This document shows positions 56,608-64,000 of a stretch of 64,000 nucleotides of DNA, in pieces (positions within the stretch are counted from its first letter, which is position 1; each line of letters opens with the position of its first letter). Under the pieces are notes generated by a model that was not told where the DNA came from, did no database searches, and saw only the letters and a list, made by a program, of their open reading frames with translations. The translations under genes were made by a program, and so were the position numbers. The DNA lies in the IMG/VR virus record IMGVR_UViG_3300032303_002590; one strand, written 5' to 3'. Source of the stretch: a virus (lineage: Duplodnaviria > Caudoviricetes).

Positions 56608-57945
56608 ATGTTTTACATAGTAGAAACACAAGATCAATTATCACAACTTCACATATCGGAAGAATGCTATATTAATGTTATTCCACTATCATCAAATTAC
56701 CACCCTATATTAACGGAAGTATCCTTAATTTACTATAAACCAAAGTATGGTAAAGGATTAATACTAACTATAAATCATAGTGAAGGATTTTATTTAAGTT
56801 TAGAAAAAGTAAAAGAATTTATTTTAAATCATAAAAATATTTATGTTTTAGATAAAAAAACAACAGCTCATTTAATGGGAGAGGAATTTTTAGCAAGTAA
56901 AGTACAAGATATAAATTTGCTTTCAATGCACACCTCCACTTCCACTCCGTATATACAAGATTGCGATACAAATATACACACCCATTTCGAACGACTTTAT
57001 AAAGATAAATCTTATTTAAACTCGATTATCCCAATTTGTAAACATTATGAAAAACAAGAAAAAATATATGAAATAGTACAACAATGGGTAGGAAAACAAC
57101 ATGAAATAGCGTATTATAACGAGCAATATATTGAGGTGTTCTATGGTATTGAAAAACAAGGTATCACGTTGGATATGCCTGTTTTTAATAAGAATTTTTT
57201 ATTAGAAAATCCAAAATTTAATATAAGAGATAATAAGATTTATACTCAATTTAATTTAAATAACTTTACCTCAAGACCCACTAACTCGTTTAATGGGATT
57301 AACTTTGCAGCATTAAATAAAAATAACGGACAAAGAGCATCTATTATTGCTCAAAATGATGTTTTGTTTGAATTTGATTACGATTCGTACCACCCACGTA
57401 TTTTAGCAAAATTGGTTGGATACGAATTTAATGAGGCCTCTGTTCACACCCATTTGGGACAAATGTATTTTAAAACAGAAGTATTAACTCCCGAACAATA
57501 TCAAGCTTCTAAAGAATTAACATTCAAGCAACTATATGGAGGAGTATTTGAGCAATACAAAGACATACCGTTTTTTGCTAAAGTAAAACAATATACAGAT
57601 AAGATATTTAAAGATTTTAATTCCCTGGGATATATAGAGTTAGTTGGTGGGAGGAAATTATTTGCAGGGGATATTGAAAACGTTACACCACAAAAACTAT
57701 TAAATTATATAATACAATCAGGAGAAACTTTTTATAATGTAAACTCGATAAAGAAAGTATTGGAGTACTTGAATACTAGAAAAAGCCATATTATATTATA
57801 CACTTATGATTCAATACTATTGGATTATAGTAGAGAAGATGGGAAGGAGGTATTAAAAGAAATTAAAAGGTTATTAGAAAATGAATTTGGATTTAAAGTA
57901 AATGCAAGTTTTGGAACAAATTACAATAATTTAAATAAATTATAA
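56608..57945 (+). CDS. Short divergent family-A DNA polymerase
   Basis: TSRPTN, FDYDSYHPRIL (motif A), SKELTFKQLYGG (B), NYIIQS, LYTYDSIL (C). Confidence 0.8.
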   Translation: MFYIVETQDQLSQLHISEECYINVIPLSSNYHPILTEVSLIYYKPKYGKGLILTINHSEGFYLSLEKVKEFILNHKNIYVLDKKTTAHLMGEEFLASKVQDINLLSMHTSTSTPYIQDCDTNIHTHFERLYKDKSYLNSIIPICKHYEKQEKIYEIVQQWVGKQHEIAYYNEQYIEVFYGIEKQGITLDMPVFNKNFLLENPKFNIRDNKIYTQFNLNNFTSRPTNSFNGINFAALNKNNGQRASIIAQNDVLFEFDYDSYHPRILAKLVGYEFNEASVHTHLGQMYFKTEVLTPEQYQASKELTFKQLYGGVFEQYKDIPFFAKVKQYTDKIFKDFNSLGYIELVGGRKLFAGDIENVTPQKLLNYIIQSGETFYNVNSIKKVLEYLNTRKSHIILYTYDSILLDYSREDGKEVLKEIKRLLENEFGFKVNASFGTNYNNLNKL

Positions 57946-57965
57946 ATTCTTTTGCACCCTTTACA

Positions 57966-57973
57966 TATTTATT
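57966..57973 (+). promoter_or_regulatory. Late-promoter-like TATTTATT
   Basis: Upstream of the HNH gene. Confidence 0.55.
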
Positions 57974-57988
57974 GTAAATAATATAGAT

Positions 57989-58675
57989 ATGAAAATTTGT
58001 AAAAAGTGTAATATAGAACAAGATATAATTTTATTTGCTAAAAATAAAACAAAATCTGATGGTTTACATATATGGTGTAAAAAATGCACTAGTGAAAATA
58101 ATAAAAATAGATATTTACTTAAAAGTGAATATATTAAAAATCAAACCAATTCTTATTACAACTCAAATAAAGAAAACATTTTACCTAAGTTAAAAAAATA
58201 TAGAGAACAAGATTTTATTAAAGAAAAACAAAAAAATTATATTAAACAATGGGTATTAGATAACAAAGATTCATATAGAAAATATCAAAATTCTTATACT
58301 AAACAAAGAAGAAAAAATGATCTCTCCTTTAAAACTATAGAAAGTTTAAAAATACAGATTAATCATTTTTTAAAAAAAGAAACAAAAAACAAAAAAACTG
58401 AAGATTTATTAGGATACACTTATAAGGAATTTATAGAAAAATTAGGAGTAATAGAAGAAAACCAAGATTTAGATCACAAAATTCCAATTAGTTGGTTTAT
58501 ACCAGAAACTCCTATAAACATAATATGGGATTTAAGAAACCTGCAAATCACCTCAAGAAAATACAACAGAAAAAAGAAAAACACCTATGCCGATTCAGTT
58601 AATAAAGAATATCATCAAACAGTTATAAAATGGATAAAACATACACAGTTATCAATGATTTCAACATATTTATAG
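57989..58675 (+). mobile_element. Free-standing HNH homing endonuclease with N-terminal Zn finger
   Basis: CKKC...WCKKC; LDHKIPIS...NLQ...N..K. Confidence 0.8.
58667..58674 (+). promoter_or_regulatory. Late-promoter-like TATTTATA
   Basis: Inside the HNH 3' end, upstream of ATG 58708. Confidence 0.5.
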
Positions 58676-58707
58676 ATAATGAGAATCTTTCATTAGACTA
58701 TGATAAT

Positions 58708-59097
58708 ATGAATAACAAATTATTTTGTACGTTTTCAAGTAAGAACGACTTGGAAAGTACTTTATCCAATATACAATCAAAATATAAAATATTATTTAAT
58801 AAGATATTTGTTTTATATGTTGAATCAACCGAAGAATACGTTTGTACTTACAATATAGACCACAACAACATGAGTGGTGGATTATTAGAAAATACAATTT
58901 TATTACATAGAAAGAAAGAATCAAATACACTTTATACAATTAACGCTCTAAATGATTTAATAAAATCATTAAATGGCGGTCAATTAGATACTTCATTTAT
59001 GGTTAATTGGAAAGATTATCAAAACAGTATATTATTGACCCATGCAGGTGAATTAAAGAAATTAGATACTAAAATTTACAAAATAATTACACTATAA
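58708..59097 (+). CDS. Hypothetical protein (MNNKLFCTF...; start likely 58708)
   Basis: LLHRKKESNTLYTINALN; the revised start removes the overlap with HNH. Confidence 0.65.
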   Translation: MNNKLFCTFSSKNDLESTLSNIQSKYKILFNKIFVLYVESTEEYVCTYNIDHNNMSGGLLENTILLHRKKESNTLYTINALNDLIKSLNGGQLDTSFMVNWKDYQNSILLTHAGELKKLDTKIYKIITL

Positions 59098-59109
59098 TTT
59101 AATAAAAAA

Positions 59110-59169
59110 ATGGAAAATACATTTAATTTAAAAAAATTCCTTGCTGAAGGGAAAATGTTAAAAGAAGAA
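59110..59169 (+). repeat. 60-bp leader cassette, copy 4
   Basis: Encodes MENTFNLKKFLAEGKMLKEE. Confidence 0.95.
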
Positions 59170-59367
59170 GTAGAAAATATTACTACTCTTACAGAATTAA
59201 AAGCATATCTTGATTCATTAGTCAATGATTATGTTGCAGCTACTAGTGAAATCGCAGGAGAAGATTTAGATTGGGACGGAAATGGCTCTAATATGGGGAT
59301 AAATAAAACCGAATTAGTAAATGATTTTGTTGGTTATCTTACTGATGAAATACCATCTACAAAATAA
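59110..59367 (+). CDS. Acidic MENTFNLK-leader protein
   Basis: Leader cassette; acidic body. Confidence 0.75.
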   Translation: MENTFNLKKFLAEGKMLKEEVENITTLTELKAYLDSLVNDYVAATSEIAGEDLDWDGNGSNMGINKTELVNDFVGYLTDEIPSTK

Positions 59368-59379
59368 TTACACTATAGC

Positions 59380-59408
59380 TTGGATACCTGAAGTATCTTT
59401 ATTATATT
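59380..59408 (+). promoter_or_regulatory. Class-2 promoter TTGG-N19-TATATT
   Basis: Conserved motif and spacing. Confidence 0.65.
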
Positions 59409-59451
59409 TACGATCACATAAATTAGTTTTAACATTAAAATCAAAAAAGTT

Positions 59452-60297
59452 ATGAATTTAGACTTGATTCAAAACAAGCTGAATGCCCTATCCGCACCTA
59501 AAGGAGGTGGCATGAAAAACAATGAAAAAGCATTAAGCTTTTGGAAACCAACAGTTGGAAAAGCCTTAGTAAGGTTTGTTCCCTCAAAGTACAACCCCGA
59601 AAATCCATTTAGAGAATTATACTTCCATTATGGAATCGGAAAAAGAACAATTATTTCACCTTCAAACTTTGGTGAAAAAGATCCAATTATCGAATTTTCA
59701 AAAGAACTTCGTAAAACTAAAGAACCTGAAAACTGGAAATTAGCTAAAAAACTTGAACCTAAAATGAGAGTTTTCGCACCTGTTATCGTTAGAGGTGAGG
59801 AAGACAAAGGAGTACGTTTATGGGAATTTGGTAAGGAAATTTATCAATCATTACTATCATTAGCTGCTGATGAGGATATCGGAGATTTTACCGATATCAT
59901 GGAAGGTAGAGACATGAAAATTGAAACAGTAGGACCTGAAACTACAGGAACTGATTATAACAAATCTCGTATTATGCCTGCTTTAAAAACTACTCCATTA
60001 TGTAATGATAATGACGAATTAAACAAATGGTTAGAAACACAACCAGATCCAACTTCATTTTCAAAACGTTATACTTTTGATGAAATTAAACAATTCTTAG
60101 CTGAATGGTTAAATCCAGAAGAAGAAGCTAAAGAAGAAGGTAATATAATGGATGGACCTGCAACTGAATTTGCACCAGTTCCTCCTAGTGAATCTAAATT
60201 TGAATTAGACACTAAACCAAAAGCAAATAAAGCATTTGCTCCTAAAAAAGAAATCCCAACCGCTGATGAGTTTGACGACTTATTTGGTGATAATTAA
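59452..60297 (+). CDS. Single-stranded DNA-binding protein (gp32-like)
   Basis: FWKP, VRFVP, VRLWEFGKEIY, acidic tail DEFDDLF. Confidence 0.85.
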   Translation: MNLDLIQNKLNALSAPKGGGMKNNEKALSFWKPTVGKALVRFVPSKYNPENPFRELYFHYGIGKRTIISPSNFGEKDPIIEFSKELRKTKEPENWKLAKKLEPKMRVFAPVIVRGEEDKGVRLWEFGKEIYQSLLSLAADEDIGDFTDIMEGRDMKIETVGPETTGTDYNKSRIMPALKTTPLCNDNDELNKWLETQPDPTSFSKRYTFDEIKQFLAEWLNPEEEAKEEGNIMDGPATEFAPVPPSESKFELDTKPKANKAFAPKKEIPTADEFDDLFGDN

Positions 60298-60304
60298 TTA
60301 ATTT

Positions 60305-61375
60305 ATGGCCGGTAAAAAAACAGAAAGCCTTTCCTCTAAAGTGGGAAAGGCAGTTACTGGGACTTTTTCACTTGATAAGTTCAAAAAAGGTAAAAATCTA
60401 GGGCAAAGTTCATCTAATTTTAAACCACAAGCGTGGATTAATTTTACTGAACCTGTTAAAGAAATGCTAGAAATGCAAGGTATTCCTAAAGGGCATATCA
60501 CTTTAGTTAGAGGTCATAGTAATACAGGTAAAACTACTTTATTAATTGAAGCTGCTATTGAAGCTCAAAAAACAGGTGTATTACCAGTTATTATTATAAC
60601 TGAGATGAAACATAGTTGGGAACACTGGTCTGCAATGGGGTTTGAATTAGGAGAAGAAATTGATGAGAATGGTAATAAAGACTATAAAGGTTTCTTTATT
60701 TATGCAGATAGAGAATCTTTACAATGTATTGAAGATGTAGCAGCATTTATGGCTGATTTATTGGATGAACAAAAGAAAGGTAATTTACCTTATGACTTAC
60801 TATTCTTATGGGATTCAATTGGATCTATTCCATGTAAAATGAGTATTGAAAAAAATACTAATTCACCAATGTGGAATGCAGGAGCAATGTCTCAACAATT
60901 TGCTAACTTTATTAATCAAAGATTGATTATGTCTCGTAAAGAATCACAAGCTTACACTAATACAATGCTTTGTGTAAATAAAGTATGGGTTGAACCAGCA
61001 CTTATGCCAATGGCTCAGCCAAAATTACGGAATAAAGGCGGTGATAGTATGTTTTTTGATGCCTCATTCATAATTACTTTTGGTAACGTGACTAGTCCTG
61101 GTACTCAAAAAGTAAAAGCTACTAAAAATGGTAAGGAAATTGAATTTGCTCTTAAAACTAAAGTATCTTGTGATAAAAATCACGTAACAGGTGTAACAGC
61201 TAAAGGTACTATTGTAAGTACAGCTCACGGGTTTATTAAAAATTCACCTAATGAGATAAACAAATATAAAAAAGAACACTCTAAAGATTGGTCAGTTATT
61301 TTAGGAAGCGATGATTTTGATATCGTTGAAGAAGAAAACACTGATTTTGTAGGAGTAGATTTATCAGAAATATAA
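60305..61375 (+). CDS. RecA/UvsX-like recombinase
   Basis: GIPKGHI.LVRGHSNTGKTT, FLWDSIGS, KGG. Confidence 0.85.
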   Translation: MAGKKTESLSSKVGKAVTGTFSLDKFKKGKNLGQSSSNFKPQAWINFTEPVKEMLEMQGIPKGHITLVRGHSNTGKTTLLIEAAIEAQKTGVLPVIIITEMKHSWEHWSAMGFELGEEIDENGNKDYKGFFIYADRESLQCIEDVAAFMADLLDEQKKGNLPYDLLFLWDSIGSIPCKMSIEKNTNSPMWNAGAMSQQFANFINQRLIMSRKESQAYTNTMLCVNKVWVEPALMPMAQPKLRNKGGDSMFFDASFIITFGNVTSPGTQKVKATKNGKEIEFALKTKVSCDKNHVTGVTAKGTIVSTAHGFIKNSPNEINKYKKEHSKDWSVILGSDDFDIVEEENTDFVGVDLSEI

Positions 61376-61377
61376 TT

Positions 61378-62406
61378 ATGGATTATAAAGATCTTTTAAA
61401 CAATATAAAAGAAGATTCACAAAGTGAGGCCCTACATTTAAATAGTAGGGTCTTATTGGTGGATAGTATGAATACTTTCCTAAGATCATTTGCTGTTATT
61501 AATAGTACAAATACACAAGGAACACACGTAGGAGGTATGATTGGGTTTTTAAGATCATTAGCTTACGTAGTTAATCTTGTACAACCTACAAGAGTAGTAT
61601 GTGTTTTTGATGGTGAGGGAAATACTACAAATAGAAAACATTTATATGCTGATTATAAAGGTAATCGTAAATTAAAAAGAATTACTAATTGGTCTTCATT
61701 TGATGATTTTGCTGATGAATCTGCTTCATTATCACAACAAATGTTAAGATTAGTTGACTATTTAAAAACATTACCTATAAGCATTATAACTAGAGACAAA
61801 TTAGAAGCAGATGATTTAATTGGTTATTTAGCTCCTAAATTTGATTCTTCAATTATAATGTCAGCCGATCAAGATTTCTTACAATTGTGTAGTGATACTG
61901 TTCAAGTATATTCTCCAATTAAAAAGAAATTTTATGGACCCAAAGAGGTATTTGATGAATATGGGTTATGGCCTCAAAACTTTATTAATTATAAAGTATT
62001 AATGGGTGATAGTTCTGATAATTTACCTGGAGTAAAAGGATTAGGTCCTAAAAAATTATACAAATTATTCCCTGAAATTACAGGAGATAAAAAAGTTACA
62101 TTAAAGGAAATTATTTCAAAAAGTTTAGAAAAACATGATGAAAATGGAATTTACGGCAATGTATGGCTTTTTAGAGGACAATTAATAATTAATGAACAAT
62201 TAATGTCATTAGAAAAACCAAATATTCCTGAACCTGATGAAATGGTATTAGAGAGATTAATAGATGAAAGTCCTTACACTTTAAATCAAACAAGATTTTT
62301 ACAATTACATAAATCCGATTTATTAGAAAGACAAATATCTCCCAACATAGAATTTTGGATCCAGAATAATTTTTCGTATCTTACAAATTACAAACACAAA
62401 AAATAA
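61378..62406 (+). CDS. 5'-3' exonuclease / T4 RNase H-like (FEN family)
   Basis: LLVDSMN, VFDG, YKGNR, LEADDLI, SADQD, MGDSSDNLPGVKGLGPK. Confidence 0.92.
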   Translation: MDYKDLLNNIKEDSQSEALHLNSRVLLVDSMNTFLRSFAVINSTNTQGTHVGGMIGFLRSLAYVVNLVQPTRVVCVFDGEGNTTNRKHLYADYKGNRKLKRITNWSSFDDFADESASLSQQMLRLVDYLKTLPISIITRDKLEADDLIGYLAPKFDSSIIMSADQDFLQLCSDTVQVYSPIKKKFYGPKEVFDEYGLWPQNFINYKVLMGDSSDNLPGVKGLGPKKLYKLFPEITGDKKVTLKEIISKSLEKHDENGIYGNVWLFRGQLIINEQLMSLEKPNIPEPDEMVLERLIDESPYTLNQTRFLQLHKSDLLERQISPNIEFWIQNNFSYLTNYKHKK

Positions 62407-62417
62407 AAGTTATATAA

Positions 62418-63803
62418 ATGGTTGCATTCGCTAGTTTAAAGGATTACGGTCCTAATTTTCAAATAAAAGTTATTAATTCTTTACTAAAAAATAAAGCATT
62501 TTTACTTAATGTTAGAGATATTATTGATGATAGCCATTTCGAACATCCTGGTCATAAGTGGGTTTTAACTGAAACTTTAAAATACTTTGACAAATATCAT
62601 ACAACACCAACTTTAGATACTTTAAAAATTGAAGTTAAAAAGATTGATAATGATATTTTACAAACAGCTGTAAAAGAACAATTAAAACTAGTTTACACTA
62701 CACAATATGATGATCAAGAGTATGTTGAAGAGGAATTTGCTAATTTTTGTAAAAACCAATTATTAAAAAATGCTTTAATAGACTCAGTAGATTTATTAAA
62801 AAGTGGTCATTACGATGATATCAGATTACTAATTGATAATGCTTTAAAAGCAGGCGCTGATAAAAATCTAGGTCATGAGTATAAAAAAGATGTTGAAACT
62901 CGTTATAGAGAATCAAGTAGAAAAACTGTACCTACACCTTGGACGGTGTTAAATACTTTACTTCAAGGAGGATTAGGTGGAGGTGATTATGGTTTAATTT
63001 ATGGCGGTCCTGGTGGAGGTAAATCATGGGATTTAGTAGCATTAGGTGCATTCGCGGGTTCATTAGGTTATAAAGTAATTCACTATACTTTAGAATTAGG
63101 TGAAGATTATGTTGGTAAAAGATATGATGCCTATTATACAGGAATTTCTGTAAGTGAAGTGCATAACTACCAAGATAAAATTAAGGAAATGTTAGAAGAA
63201 TACGATGATAATATTATTATCAAAGAATATCCTTCTAAAGGAGCATCACTAACTACAATTAAATCACACATCCAGAAAACAATGGATTTAGGTTTTACAC
63301 CTGATTTGATTTTAATTGATTATGTAGATTTATTAAAACCACCTTCAAGACGTAAAGAAAAGAAAGAAGAAATTGATGATTTACATTACGGAACTAAAGG
63401 TTTAGCTAAAGAATTAAATTTACCTATTTGGTCAGTGTCTCAAGTAAATAGAGCAGGTGCTAAAGATGAGATTGTAGAAGGTGACAAATCAGCAGGTTCA
63501 TATGAAAAACAAGCTATTGTGGACTTTGGTATGTCTCAATCTAGATTGAAGAAAGATAAAACAGATGGTACAGGAAGATGGCATATTCAAAAGAATCGTT
63601 ACGGACCTGATGGTATGACTTATAATGTTAATATTGATACTTCTTGTGGTCATATTGAAGTGCTAGGAGAGTATGATGATACTGAGGATTATAAAAATCA
63701 ATCACAAGCCCCTGCATCTAAATTTGGAGGAATAAGTTCCAATGAGAAAAGCACAATGAGTAATCTGTTTAAAAACTTTGAATTGAGCAACACCTCCGAA
63801 TAA
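62418..63803 (+). CDS. DnaB-like replicative helicase (gp41-like)
   Basis: GGPGGGKS, YTLEL, LIDYVDLL, SQVNR, KNRYG. Confidence 0.92.
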   Translation: MVAFASLKDYGPNFQIKVINSLLKNKAFLLNVRDIIDDSHFEHPGHKWVLTETLKYFDKYHTTPTLDTLKIEVKKIDNDILQTAVKEQLKLVYTTQYDDQEYVEEEFANFCKNQLLKNALIDSVDLLKSGHYDDIRLLIDNALKAGADKNLGHEYKKDVETRYRESSRKTVPTPWTVLNTLLQGGLGGGDYGLIYGGPGGGKSWDLVALGAFAGSLGYKVIHYTLELGEDYVGKRYDAYYTGISVSEVHNYQDKIKEMLEEYDDNIIIKEYPSKGASLTTIKSHIQKTMDLGFTPDLILIDYVDLLKPPSRRKEKKEEIDDLHYGTKGLAKELNLPIWSVSQVNRAGAKDEIVEGDKSAGSYEKQAIVDFGMSQSRLKKDKTDGTGRWHIQKNRYGPDGMTYNVNIDTSCGHIEVLGEYDDTEDYKNQSQAPASKFGGISSNEKSTMSNLFKNFELSNTSE

Positions 63804-63811
63804 TATTTATA
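63804..63811 (+). promoter_or_regulatory. Late-promoter-like TATTTATA
   Basis: Recurrent motif. Confidence 0.55.
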
Positions 63812-63836
63812 ACCACGTCTTTAAAAAAATAAAAAT

Positions 63837-64000
63837 ATGTTAACTACACCTCGTCACTATTACAAACCATTCGAATATCAAGAAGCATTCGATTATTATC
63901 TTGATCAACAACGCTCACACTGGCTAGCAGATGAAGTACCTCTAGCATCCGATTTAAATGATTGGAAACAGAAACTTTCTAAATCTGAAAAAAACCTAAT
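63837..64000 (+). CDS. nrdB: Ribonucleotide reductase beta subunit, N-terminal fragment (runs off the window)
   Basis: MLTTPRHYYKPFEYQEAF...SHWLADEVPLASDLNDWK.KLS..EKNL. Confidence 0.85.
   Translation, partial: MLTTPRHYYKPFEYQEAFDYYLDQQRSHWLADEVPLASDLNDWKQKLSKSEKNL

Noticed and set aside
2840-58707. Track start codons at 2840, 35866, 44237, 45948 and 58630
   Set aside because: Downstream ATGs (2873, 35920, 44318, 58708) or the frameshift explanation fit leader motifs, promoter positions and non-overlap better.
4722-60501. All minus-strand ORFs in the track (e.g. 4722, 8415, 13505, 33596, 37490, 41070, 60298)
   Set aside because: They are short antisense shadows of well-supported + strand genes or intergenic gaps and have no motifs. 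The Pro-rich ones simply mirror Gly codons.
1-64000. Stop-codon reassignment as seen in some large phages
   Set aside because: Core genes are full length in the standard code, coding density is high, and TAG serves as a normal stop (e.g. 2837, 4010, 14468).

Overview
This is a 64-kb, very AT-rich segment of a large T4-like (myovirus) phage genome, and every credible gene is on the + strand. It carries a head module (TerL, portal, prohead protease, scaffold, major capsid protein), neck, tail-fibre, sheath, tube, tape-measure and baseplate genes, and replication genes (primase, a short divergent family-A polymerase, SSB, RecA/UvsX, 5'-3' exonuclease, DnaB-type helicase, start of nrdB). It also has PhoH, an FAD oxidoreductase, two GIY-YIG nucleases and an HNH nuclease. 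A Bacteroidota host is inferred from A-rich leaders without Shine-Dalgarno sequences, SprB-like repeats and a T(T/A)G(G/T)-N19-TAnnTT promoter. The most notable signal is a candidate capsid-cargo system. About 17 otherwise unrelated, mostly late-promoter-associated genes begin with short leaders ending in (L/I)-x-E. Four of them share a near-identical 60-bp DNA cassette encoding MENTFNLKKFLAEGKLLKEE, which resembles the T4 capsid-targeting sequence. Several cargoes look like polyproteins with internal L-x-E sites. Other observations are a late-promoter-like TATTTAT(A/T) motif that is the reverse complement of the T4 late promoter, twin CUCAAU-loop hairpins in the scaffold/capsid leader, and a probable +1/-2 frameshift in the tail chaperone. 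All functional calls come from motif recognition and gene order by eye; no searches were run.
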